Made by a program: the position numbers and the translations under genes. The notes below the pieces were generated by a model. That model saw nothing but the letters and a program-made list of their open reading frames with translations, ran no database searches and was not told the DNA's origin. Below are positions 1-8,485 of a stretch of 64,000 nt of DNA, one piece after another. How positions within the stretch are numbered: position 1 is the first letter of the stretch; every line of letters starts with the position of its first letter. This DNA is from Chlamydiales bacterium (GTDB taxonomy: Bacteria > Chlamydiota > Chlamydiia > Chlamydiales > JAAKFR01): assembly GCA_022601445.1 (NCBI GenBank), contig JAJACP010000002.1, positions 26-64,025 on the forward strand, given 5' to 3'.

Positions 1-6
1 ATAAAA

Positions 7-612
7 ATGACTTCTACAAATTGGAGGAATCATAGAAGCCCCAGGCAACAAGATGCTTTACGCTATCCATATCAATACTCCCCGCCTAAGGGAAACAAAA
101 AAGGGATGCAAACACGTGTTGGTCTTGCAGCGGGAGCAGGCCTGCTCATTTTGGCTTTAGCAGGAGCGCTTGCGGCTACCTACTTCCTCAGCCCCGGAGC
201 TCATGCTTGGACAAATACACAGTTAGCAGTGGGGAAAGGACTGTATATGATTGGACTGCCCGCAGCAGGTCTAATGACCGGCATTGGCATCTGCTTATAT
301 GCACACGCAAAGTACAAAGCACGCAAACAATACACCTTTCGCCCACACGATCTGGTCTCGAAAGGCCTTACAGAAACGCAAAAAAATGCCATGAAAGTAG
401 GGGCTCTCGTCACACTTGCTGTTCTGCTTGCAATAGGGGTAAGCTTGGCCTATCACTTCTGCCCTCAGGTACCCCAAGCTCTCGATCACCAACTTACAAT
501 TGGACAAAATATGCTGTATATCGGCTTACCCACACTCGGGGCTGGAGCGTTAGTGAATGGAGCACTAGTGCTTAATCGAAGACGTCAAGCAAAACAAGCG
601 CTCACAATTTAA
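7..612 (+). CDS. Inc-like integral membrane protein with two tandem bilobed hydrophobic modules
   Basis: ATG at 7, 201 aa. Two ~60-aa modules, each made of two TM helices joined by a short loop and followed by a K/R-rich stretch (LILALAGALAATYFLSPGAHAW..GLYMIGLPAAGLMTGIGICLYAHAKYKARKQ and LAVLLAIGVSLAYHFCPQVPQAL..MLYIGLPTLGAGALVNGALVLNRRRQAKQ). Clear paralog of the C-terminal half of 1138..2112. Confidence 0.6.
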   Translation: MTSTNWRNHRSPRQQDALRYPYQYSPPKGNKKGMQTRVGLAAGAGLLILALAGALAATYFLSPGAHAWTNTQLAVGKGLYMIGLPAAGLMTGIGICLYAHAKYKARKQYTFRPHDLVSKGLTETQKNAMKVGALVTLAVLLAIGVSLAYHFCPQVPQALDHQLTIGQNMLYIGLPTLGAGALVNGALVLNRRRQAKQALTI

Positions 613-627
613 CCGGGAGCTAATAGG

Positions 628-1047
628 ATGTTAACACACATACATCGAGAGAGCCGGCCCTGGATTGATCCTGAAATCGTGAAAAACACCAAGCGAACAG
701 CCGCTGTCGTGATCGCCTTAGCCGCAATCACTGCGGCTTTTGCAACGGGCGCCTACATCTTTTCACTTTGGGCCAGCCATGGTGGTCTTGCGCCTCTGGG
801 ACACCTGTTGAATGCCAAGCAGAACCTCAATATCGCACAAATTCTTTGCTGCATTGTCGCTCCAACCGCCGGTACCACAACGCTTCTCATCGTCCTAGGA
901 CGCGTCGCTGCTAAACGCTTGAATAAGCAACCTCCAGCAAACAAATCGGAACAGCGAGCTACAGAAACACCGCAACCAGCTTCGTTGATTGATGTCGATG
1001 CCGAGGATACCGACGACGAGTCCGATAGCTGGAGAGATGCAGGTTAA
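628..1047 (+). CDS. small Inc-like membrane protein (one bilobed hydrophobic module, acidic C-terminal tail)
   Basis: GGGAG 8 nt upstream of ATG 628. TM1 (AAVVIALAAITAAFATGAYIF), loop containing NAKQNLNIAQ, then TM2 (ILCCIVAPTAGTTTLLIVLG). Tail is DVDAEDTDDESDSW. Same architecture as 2109..2759. Confidence 0.55.
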   Translation: MLTHIHRESRPWIDPEIVKNTKRTAAVVIALAAITAAFATGAYIFSLWASHGGLAPLGHLLNAKQNLNIAQILCCIVAPTAGTTTLLIVLGRVAAKRLNKQPPANKSEQRATETPQPASLIDVDAEDTDDESDSWRDAG

Positions 1048-1137
1048 ATATATTATTTTATTATCTTAATACTAAATTAAAACTTTTAGTTTATAATATA
1101 TAGTATAGATAAATATAGTTTAAAAAGGAGATAAAAA

Positions 1138-2112
1138 ATGCTTGGACTCTACTACACCTCAGGCCCCTTCCGTCAAAAAGCCCCTACGAAGCCTCGCCAA
1201 CCGCAGACGTCTCAGCCCAGACCTGAGCCCACTTGGGCGGCTAGAACTAACGACAATGACGATAAGACAACATGGCAAAATCAATCTCAAACTTCAAAGG
1301 CAGCCTCTTATCATGAGAGCACTCCCTCTGGAGGCGATGCACAATTTTTTGCCGACTATCCATTCAATAGAGAGCCGCTCTCTGAGGACGAAGAAGCCTT
1401 TCTAGCTAGTATTTTCCAAAGTGTAGCTAGTGCAGCTAGGGGGAGCAGAAATGCTCAACAAGCTCGCTTTCTAAAATCTGCAGCGAGAGCAAACGATCAT
1501 TCCTCTGGCTTAGATACAATAACGTCTTACGGCCACGATGTATGGGATAAGCATTTTGTATCGCAAAAAAAAGGGAATACGCTGGCTGTTCGTAAGGTAG
1601 CAGGAACCTTAGCTGCTGCAACTCTAATAACTACAATCGTGGGAGTCCTTGCTGCCACTTACTTCCTCGTACCAGGAGCGCAGACATGGATGAACGCCCA
1701 CGCGATCACCCCCCTTGCGGCGCAGCACCTGACAATAGGACAGGGATTCTACATGATCGGCTTGCCTATCGCCGGCTTGATGACAGGATTGGGAGTTGGT
1801 CTATACGTATGGCAAAAATCCAAACGTAAAGCAGAAGCTCCAGTAGTAAAAGGTATTCGTGAACCTCGCTTTTCAGAGGGGCAGAAAAGAGCGGCTAAGG
1901 TCGCAGGAGTTGTGGCTGTGGCTGCTCTACTTGTAGCAGGTGCTTGCTTAGCCTACTACTTCTGCCCTCAAGTAGCACAAGCCCTCAGTCACAAGCTGAC
2001 ACTGGGACAGAGCTTAGCTTATGTGGGAGCCCCTACTGTCGCTTTAGGTATAGTGGCAAATGGAGCACTTACGCTTTACTTACGCCGCCAAAAAATGAAG
2101 GAGGCATCATGA
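1138..2112 (+). CDS. Inc-like membrane protein; polar Q/P/S-rich N-terminal ~165 aa plus two bilobed modules
   Basis: AAGGAG RBS before ATG 1138, preceded by a 90-nt very AT-rich spacer. The C-terminal half aligns by eye with 7..612 (YFLVPGAQTWMN..GFYMIGLPIAGLMTGLGVGLY..; YYFCPQVAQALSHKLTLGQSLAYVGAPTVALGIVANGALTLYLRRQK). Confidence 0.65.
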   Translation: MLGLYYTSGPFRQKAPTKPRQPQTSQPRPEPTWAARTNDNDDKTTWQNQSQTSKAASYHESTPSGGDAQFFADYPFNREPLSEDEEAFLASIFQSVASAARGSRNAQQARFLKSAARANDHSSGLDTITSYGHDVWDKHFVSQKKGNTLAVRKVAGTLAAATLITTIVGVLAATYFLVPGAQTWMNAHAITPLAAQHLTIGQGFYMIGLPIAGLMTGLGVGLYVWQKSKRKAEAPVVKGIREPRFSEGQKRAAKVAGVVAVAALLVAGACLAYYFCPQVAQALSHKLTLGQSLAYVGAPTVALGIVANGALTLYLRRQKMKEAS

Positions 2113-2759
2113 CAAATTTTTCACCTGCGGTGCCAAGAGCACCCATGACAGCAAGCGCTCTTCCAAAGGGAAGTGTTAAGCGCGCCCTGACTTCAACAAG
2201 AGGTAAGACAGCCTTGGTGGCACTGGCCATTATTGCTCTACTGGTTGTTGCTGGCCTTTTAGCTATGCATTTTACTATAGGGTGTAATGCAGCCGGGTTT
2301 CAAAAGCTGTGGGGAGTAATGCAGGCAAAGCACAACATCTCACTCGGTACAGAAATTCTGGTGGGCGTTGGATCTGTAGTTGTTGGCGTAGCAGCTGTGG
2401 CTCTGATATATAAACTCTCTCGCAGCAGCGCTAGTCCTTGTTGTTGTTTCCCTCGCTATGACCACGGTCCGGACCCTCTTTATGCCGTGGAGGATGGGGA
2501 CGACGCAGCTCCGTCCGATGGCGATGGAGCAGCTGCAGCACCAACTAGTCTCCCTCTAGATACAGGAGACGAAGATATGGATGCTGATGAACAAAGAACC
2601 CAAACACCTCCAATGGACTTAGGTCCCATGGTTTTCGAAGACGCTGATAGCGCAGCTGCTGCACTAGACCGTCCTCCAAAGAGGGCACTAACTGACACAC
2701 TAGACCTCCGTCCACCCGAAATTTTTAGGAAGCCCGACCCACAGAATGGTTCATTTTAA
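2109..2759 (+). CDS. Inc-like membrane protein (one bilobed module, long acidic/Pro-rich tail)
   Basis: ATG 2109 overlaps the upstream TGA (ATGA) and follows GGAGG. The track ORF start at 1944 lies inside the previous gene and is rejected. TM1 ALVALAIIALLVVAGLLAM, loop QAKHNISLGTE, TM2 ILVGVGSVVVGVAAVALIY. Tail is rich in D/E/P/A. Confidence 0.55.
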   Translation: MTNFSPAVPRAPMTASALPKGSVKRALTSTRGKTALVALAIIALLVVAGLLAMHFTIGCNAAGFQKLWGVMQAKHNISLGTEILVGVGSVVVGVAAVALIYKLSRSSASPCCCFPRYDHGPDPLYAVEDGDDAAPSDGDGAAAAPTSLPLDTGDEDMDADEQRTQTPPMDLGPMVFEDADSAAAALDRPPKRALTDTLDLRPPEIFRKPDPQNGSF

Positions 2760-2765
2760 TAGAGG

Positions 2766-3125
2766 TTGTCTGGAAAAAGCGTTTCATTCAAGCTAGCTAG
2801 CATGGATGAAGCGCTTTGTACTTTTCAGGGATTTCTATACAAACCAGATGAAGAAAACTGGATTCTCTGCGATGCACCTAACCTCAAAAGCTGCTGCCTG
2901 CAAAAACACGCTGTGGTCACCCTAGAAGGTGACTTCTCACGCTACTCTTTGGAAAAAGCAGTCACTGTAAAAGGAATCTACCACGCAAATGGGCACCTGC
3001 TCAGCGAGGTGAGTGTGGTGGAAAAAAATGGCCACACCCCTTACTGGACGCTAGGCATCCTTCTAGTGAGTTTAGCCCTCTGGATGACCTTTAAGTCATG
3101 GAGAGGGCGTCCTCTTCCTCCTTAA
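2766..3125 (+). CDS. hypothetical small protein with C-terminal TM anchor
   Basis: ORF only (TTG 2766, or ATG 2802). C-terminal hydrophobic segment WTLGILLVSLALWMTF. No SD. The 3' end overlaps the convergent response-regulator gene by 35 nt. Confidence 0.35.
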   Translation: MSGKSVSFKLASMDEALCTFQGFLYKPDEENWILCDAPNLKSCCLQKHAVVTLEGDFSRYSLEKAVTVKGIYHANGHLLSEVSVVEKNGHTPYWTLGILLVSLALWMTFKSWRGRPLPP

Positions 3126-3801
3126 ATCGATACCCAACTCCCCGCACAGTCTCAATCCAATGGAAATTCGGACCGAGTTTCTTGCGCAGCGCCGCAATGT
3201 GCACATCAATGTTGCGGTCCATAATGAAGGCATCATCGTTCTGCACATCGTCTAGAAGCTGATTGCGCGTTAACACTTTGCCACGATTGGCCAAAAAGCG
3301 ACGTAAAATCCCAAACTCAGAGAGGGTGATCGGAATGTATTTGTCTCCCTTCCGTAGAAGATAGCGATCCACCTCTAAAGTAAAATCTCCAAAAGTCAAC
3401 GTTTTGGCTAACTTGGCCGGCTCGCGTCCTCGACGGAGAACGGCTTTGATACGCGAAAAGAGAATTTTGGGAGAAAAGGGCTTGGCCACATAGTCATCAG
3501 CACCTAATTCTAAACCTAACACCACATCTAGCTCTTCATTTTTTGCAGAAATGATGATCACAGGAATGTTTTTGAGCTCCTGGTTGTGCTTCATTTTCCG
3601 ACAAATATCCAAACCGTTTTGGCCTGGAAGCATAATATCTAAGATAACAAGATCAGGTTTTTCGCGCTCAACAGCACGGTAACCATTGATCCCATCTACC
3701 TCGACATGCAACTTGTAACCGGAGATATCTGCTTGCAGTTTGATCAGCGCTGCAATGTCTTCTTCATCTTCAATGAGCAAAATACTTTTCTTCTGAGTCA
3801 T
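3091..3801 (-). CDS. OmpR/PhoB-family response regulator (receiver + winged-helix)
   Basis: Receiver motifs LLIEDEEDI, DLVILDIMLPG (phospho-acceptor Asp), IIISAK, YVAKPF. C-terminal wHTH ends ..IETVRGVGYRF. Start set at ATG 3801 (AGGAG 8 nt upstream) rather than the track start at 3846. Confidence 0.9.
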   Translation of the reverse strand: MTQKKSILLIEDEEDIAALIKLQADISGYKLHVEVDGINGYRAVEREKPDLVILDIMLPGQNGLDICRKMKHNQELKNIPVIIISAKNEELDVVLGLELGADDYVAKPFSPKILFSRIKAVLRRGREPAKLAKTLTFGDFTLEVDRYLLRKGDKYIPITLSEFGILRRFLANRGKVLTRNQLLDDVQNDDAFIMDRNIDVHIAALRKKLGPNFHWIETVRGVGYRFKEEEDALSMT

Positions 3802-4039
3802 CCTAAAGCTCCTATCACTCTTTGCCTTACCACCGATTTTTTGCACGCAAAAAACAAATGGAAATGGTCTCTTTTGTTAGGACTTGTTTTAACACGACAT
3901 TTATTATTAATGGTATTCCTTTTTTGTTCGCTGCGCAAAAAGCACCTTTACACAATCTTCTTATTTCACAAATTACAGAATTTAATTTGCACGAAACAAT
4001 GTCTAAAGTTACTATGTCGGTTTGAAAGAGGAGAGAAAA

Positions 4040-5887
4040 TTGTCTAAAAGAGTCATCATCATTTTAGTTGTTTTTATTGGGTGTGCAACAGGATCTTATT
4101 ACCTTTTCAAACCCAACCCGATAGCGCAAACGGATCAAGCGCTGAGTGCCCTGCAAGAAAATAACGTTGCAGCGGCTCAAGAGGCGCTGAAAACACTCTC
4201 AGCGCAACCTATGGCCTATCCGCTTACTCTTTATAAGGGGTACTTAGAACAGGCGCGTGGACGTTATTTAGAAAGCGATCTCTACTTTCACTCTTTATTG
4301 AAGAATCCACCGAAGAAGCTACGAGAGGCGGTTAAGCTCGAGGCTCTGCTTGCTCAAGCTTCTAATGCTTTTTTTCAGCAGCGTGACCAAGATATCTCTC
4401 CGCTTGTCGATTCAGCCCAACTGCTCGCCCCACACAACCCTTTTGTTTTCTTTTTCAAAGGACTGAACAATTATCTGCGCGCGGACTACGGGGAGGCGTT
4501 GAAAGCATGGAGCGCCTTCAACCCTACAGAACCTACAGAGGGAACAGGATGGATGGCAACGGTTGTGGAAAGACTCTTTCCACTCACTTGGCGCCAACTA
4601 CACGTCGCTCACTGCTTAACAGAGGAGGGGGATCTTCTCTCAGGGCGTGAGATTTTAGAGAAAGAGAGCCACCAAATGGACAGTCAGGAACTAACCAATC
4701 TGGCCACGCTCTTTTTGGGACTCACCTATTTAAAAGAAGCGGATCACATTCCCATCGACCAACGCGGATCCTATTATAAGCTGGCTCGCTTCTACTTTGA
4801 ACGCTCTGGCACAAAAGAGTTGCACCAAAGAGAGAGAAAACTCATCACGCCTCATGTGCAAAAAGAGGCCGAAGGCCTACTTCTTACCAGCTTAGATGAT
4901 GAGAAAGCGAAATGGGGCTTTGATTTTGTCCATACTCTTTTAGAGTGGAAAGCAAATACAGCTGTTGAGTCTATCGCCGAGGAACTTGCCTATAAAATGC
5001 TCAGCCAAAAGGGTGAAGAGGATGTGAAGCTCTGTCAATCGATCAGACAGGAGTTTTTGGGAAGTCCTTTTCACGTCCTTTTGACACAAAAATTGCTCGA
5101 TGCCATGGCGCATGGACTCAAGCGGGGAGAAACAGAAGATCTACACGAGGTGTGGTCAATGGTGGAAACGCTTTCCCCTTCTCCCACACTTCTGGCAAAA
5201 CAGATCGCCTCTCTCACCTCTGAGGAGATTTTTCGCACGGTGAAACGAGATAATAACTCTCTTTTACATACACGTAGATATCTCGCCTTTTGGGAAAAAT
5301 TGGGTCGCAGCACGCAAGAGCGAGAATCGCTTGCTCAAGAACTCTTCTTACATGCTCAACTCTTCTGGCAACAGGAACATCAAGAGAAAAAGGGAGAGCG
5401 CTTGATGGACATTGCCCAAAAACTCTGCTCCAACAAGGTGCGGATGGATCGGCAAATTGGAGAGTATCTCGGGAACCTCTATACCAAAGCGGAAAATAGT
5501 AATATGATCGGTCGTCTGATGCTAATCTTCGATGCTATGGATCGCTTTCAAATCAATAAACAAGAACTGGCTAATCCAAGCAAAATGGCTAATCACTTGG
5601 CTGACGCTGAGTATCTCTACGATGCACACAACTACTCGCTTTCTAAAGCGCATGCGATGTGGGTGCTTAAGTTAGATCCTGATAATGAATCGGCTCAGAG
5701 GCTAGTGGGTCTCTCTTCTTTCCATCTCGGTGAGTACTCACGCGCCCTTTGTGCACTCAAAACTCTTGACAATCCTGACGAAGATGCCCGTAAAGCTCTG
5801 ATGTTAAGCCAGGTATTTGCGTCACAAGAACAAGAGAAACATTTGTGTCAGATAGATAATATTGACTCATTTGAAGAGGACGAGTAG
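4040..5887 (+). CDS. N-terminally anchored helical-repeat (TPR-like) protein
   Basis: GAGGAG 6 nt before TTG 4040 (the track starts at TTG 4022). N-terminal TM VIIILVVFIGCATGSYYLF. Long alpha-helical repeat-like sequence with a TPR-like C-terminus (AEYLYDAHNYSLSKAHAMWVLKLDPDNESA..). Confidence 0.6.
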   Translation: MSKRVIIILVVFIGCATGSYYLFKPNPIAQTDQALSALQENNVAAAQEALKTLSAQPMAYPLTLYKGYLEQARGRYLESDLYFHSLLKNPPKKLREAVKLEALLAQASNAFFQQRDQDISPLVDSAQLLAPHNPFVFFFKGLNNYLRADYGEALKAWSAFNPTEPTEGTGWMATVVERLFPLTWRQLHVAHCLTEEGDLLSGREILEKESHQMDSQELTNLATLFLGLTYLKEADHIPIDQRGSYYKLARFYFERSGTKELHQRERKLITPHVQKEAEGLLLTSLDDEKAKWGFDFVHTLLEWKANTAVESIAEELAYKMLSQKGEEDVKLCQSIRQEFLGSPFHVLLTQKLLDAMAHGLKRGETEDLHEVWSMVETLSPSPTLLAKQIASLTSEEIFRTVKRDNNSLLHTRRYLAFWEKLGRSTQERESLAQELFLHAQLFWQQEHQEKKGERLMDIAQKLCSNKVRMDRQIGEYLGNLYTKAENSNMIGRLMLIFDAMDRFQINKQELANPSKMANHLADAEYLYDAHNYSLSKAHAMWVLKLDPDNESAQRLVGLSSFHLGEYSRALCALKTLDNPDEDARKALMLSQVFASQEQEKHLCQIDNIDSFEEDE

Positions 5888-5923
5888 AGTAGCGCGGTCA
5901 CGCACAAACTGACTTTAGGCCCC

Positions 5924-6949
5924 ATGACAACGGTTGCTGACGCCACTTTTGATAAGCACCACTACCATTCGCAGGTCTCACGCCTATGGACGCCGACGCT
6001 GCGCCGTTTTAATCGGCTGGTCCGCGCTTCGTTACTCTTTAATTGCTTCTTTTTACTACTCGCGACAATTGAGATAGGCCTTTTTTTATCGTTTTTTGCC
6101 CTTCTTTCGCAGTCAACTGTGCTCGCCTTCACCCTGGCGATTTTCTTTCTCACCATTTTCTCCTACTTTGTACTTAGGCTCTACATTCAAGCGAAGCGAC
6201 CGGAACAATTAGTAGACTTGTGCGAGGAGTATCTGCACAGATGTAAAGAGATCATTCGCTATCAGGAGGGCATTCCAGAGCATCACATTGCTCTGGCGAC
6301 TGCCGCACACAAGTTCGCAGCGACTTTACACGAAAAAGAGTACACATTTTTCTCACCTCCCTTTTTCTTAAAACCGCTAGCGCCTTCGTTGGAAAAGTTT
6401 AGTTGTTTTTACTTTTGGAAAGATCTGCACCGCCTCAAAGAGCTTCTTTTGACAACATCTGTTGAAGAACACCTAAAAGTTGTGCAATGTGAGCCGACCA
6501 ACCTTGAGGTACATGCAGCTCTGGCTAATGCCTATGTGATGCTCTCTAGTCTCTATGCCGATCCACGCAAATACCACGATTTTGATGAGGAGCGCTGGAT
6601 TCCACCGGAACGTTATAGCATGGCCATGCAAGAGACCTTTCGCGCCACGGCGCAAAGGGCGATTGAAGAATTTGAAATTTTAAATGATTACGCTCCAGAT
6701 GACCCATGGGTGCACGTGCAGCTGGCCTATTCTTACCACGATTTGCAGATGCCTGAGGAGGAGATTCAGGAGTATGAGATTGTGCTGAAGCTCCGGCCTA
6801 ATGACAAAGACACACTTTTTAAGCTGGGCATGCTCTATTTCCAACAGGGAATGAACGCTAAAGGATTGAGAATCTATGAAATGCTCAAACATACCCATTA
6901 TAAGAAGGCCGAAAGCTTGATCAAGTTCTACGGCTCTTACGAAACCTGA
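5924..6949 (+). CDS. membrane protein with C-terminal TPR-like repeats
   Basis: Two or three N-terminal TM segments (LLFNCFFLLLATIEIGLFLSFFALL, LAFTLAIFFLTIFSYFVL). TPR-like C-terminus (LAYSYHDLQMPEEEIQEYEIVLKLRPNDKDTLFKLGMLYFQQG). Confidence 0.6.
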   Translation: MTTVADATFDKHHYHSQVSRLWTPTLRRFNRLVRASLLFNCFFLLLATIEIGLFLSFFALLSQSTVLAFTLAIFFLTIFSYFVLRLYIQAKRPEQLVDLCEEYLHRCKEIIRYQEGIPEHHIALATAAHKFAATLHEKEYTFFSPPFFLKPLAPSLEKFSCFYFWKDLHRLKELLLTTSVEEHLKVVQCEPTNLEVHAALANAYVMLSSLYADPRKYHDFDEERWIPPERYSMAMQETFRATAQRAIEEFEILNDYAPDDPWVHVQLAYSYHDLQMPEEEIQEYEIVLKLRPNDKDTLFKLGMLYFQQGMNAKGLRIYEMLKHTHYKKAESLIKFYGSYET

Positions 6950-7015
6950 CTTTTTCCCACCTCTATATGAAATTAGTCGTGACTTTTTTCATATGGGGGT
7001 GTAAAATAGTCAATA

Positions 7016-8242
7016 ATGAACCCTAATTTAAGACGTCTCTACAAGCCACTGATCGAACAGCATTTCAAGAAAAACCGCCAAATGCTGTCTCTGATGGGCC
7101 CCCGTCAGGTGGGTAAAACAACGTTATGCCTATCTCTAAAAGACCACCTAAATTCAGCTTTTACCTATCTGAATTGGGACAACCTTGACGACCGCGCCAT
7201 TCTAATTAAGGGACCGAAGGCAATCGCCCAACACGCCCACTTAGATCAAGGACACCAAACACCTCCGTTGATTGCAATCGACGAGATCCATAAATATGGA
7301 GACTGGAAGACACTACTCAAAGGTTTTTTTGACACCTACTCTCATTCAGGTGAAGCGCGGATTCTGGTTACAGGGAGCGCCCGTCTAGATGTTTATAGTT
7401 CAGGTGGTGATAGCTTGATGGGGCGCTATTTCCCCTATCGCATCCACCCACTTTCTGTTGCTGAGCTGCTACATCCTTATCCAGCCGATTCACTGACACG
7501 AGATCCTGCTTCTATCGGAAACGAGACATTTGAGGCGCTCTACCGTTTTGGTGGATTTCCTGAGCCGTTTCTCAAAGGGGAGGCGACATTTTATGAAAAC
7601 TGGCGCAGACTCCGCTTTCAACAGTTTTTTAACGAAGATGTGCGCGACCTGACGCACATTCAAGATATCCAGCAGATGGAACTTCTAGCGCTAAACTTAA
7701 GGAGTTGCAGCGGATCGTTAACCAGCTTTTTGTCCCTCTCTAAAAAAGTGCGGGTCTCTTATGAGACGATCCGGCGCTGGGTTGATGCGTTTAAGCTACT
7801 CTACTACTGCTTCTCTGTGCACCCTTGGTCGACCAATATCCCACGCTCACTGCTCAAAGAGCCTAAATTTTATCTCTGGGACTGGTCGCTGGTCGACGAC
7901 TCGGGACAACGGGCAGAAAATTTTGTTGCCTCTCATCTTCTCAAAGCGTGTCATTACTGGACCGACCGTGGTTTGGGAACGTTTGCTCTCCACTTCCTCC
8001 GTGACAAGGAAAAAAGGGAGGTGGACTTCATCGTCACCAAAAATGGTGACCCTTGGTTTATCGCTGAGGTAAAGCTGGGTGCATCACACTTAAGCCCTCA
8101 TCTAGAGCGCTACCAGAAGCTAACAGGCGCTCAGCATGCGTTTCAAGTTGTTTTGGAGCGAGAGTACGAAGAGATCGACTGCTTCGGCTATCACAAACCT
8201 ATCGGTGTTCCCGCCAGAACCTTCTTATCTCAGCTAATATAG
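7016..8242 (+). CDS. AAA+ ATPase of the AAA_14/DUF4143 type (COG1373-like) with PD-(D/E)xK-like C-terminus
   Basis: Walker A GPRQVGKTT. Walker B LIAIDEIHK. C-terminus REVDFIVTKNGDPWFIAEVK looks like a D..E-x-K nuclease-fold motif. Confidence 0.8.
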   Translation: MNPNLRRLYKPLIEQHFKKNRQMLSLMGPRQVGKTTLCLSLKDHLNSAFTYLNWDNLDDRAILIKGPKAIAQHAHLDQGHQTPPLIAIDEIHKYGDWKTLLKGFFDTYSHSGEARILVTGSARLDVYSSGGDSLMGRYFPYRIHPLSVAELLHPYPADSLTRDPASIGNETFEALYRFGGFPEPFLKGEATFYENWRRLRFQQFFNEDVRDLTHIQDIQQMELLALNLRSCSGSLTSFLSLSKKVRVSYETIRRWVDAFKLLYYCFSVHPWSTNIPRSLLKEPKFYLWDWSLVDDSGQRAENFVASHLLKACHYWTDRGLGTFALHFLRDKEKREVDFIVTKNGDPWFIAEVKLGASHLSPHLERYQKLTGAQHAFQVVLEREYEEIDCFGYHKPIGVPARTFLSQLI

Positions 8243-8447
8243 GGAAAACGGAGAACTTTTGGGGATATTTTCTTCAGTTGATTGATCTCGAGCGCAGACA
8301 GTACACCTAGTACGGCAAGCGAGAGATCAATCAAATGAAGGAAAAACGGAGAACTTTTGGGAATTTTTTCTTCAGTTGGTTGATCTCTCGAGCGCAGACA
8401 GTACACCTGGTACGGCAAGCGAGAGATCAATCAACTGAAGGAAAAAG
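8241..8447. repeat. tandem ~100-bp direct repeat (2 full copies plus an 11-nt start of a third), each copy forming a long hairpin
   Basis: Copy 1 is ~8241-8336, copy 2 is 8337-8436, partial copy is 8437-8447. Copy 2 stem 8370-8390 / 8420-8440 is 21 bp (one G.U) with a 29-nt loop. Copy 1 stem 8272-8290 / 8320-8340 is similar, with one mismatch and a 2-nt bulge. Confidence 0.9.
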
Positions 8448-8485
8448 AATCCAAAAGCCCAACCAAGTGTGGTGCTTAGCACTCT

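Noticed and set aside
1944-2108. An upstream extension of the fourth Inc-like ORF. The same issue applies to track starts 47139 and 59575.
   Set aside because: Each extension lies inside the preceding, well-supported gene in another frame. Internal ATGs at 2109, 47307 and 59704 sit at stop-start junctions and begin with recognisable N-termini.
8241-8447. A possible CRISPR array.
   Set aside because: There are only about 2.1 contiguous ~100-bp units with no unique spacers between them. The repeat length is far above CRISPR repeats. No cas genes are in the window.
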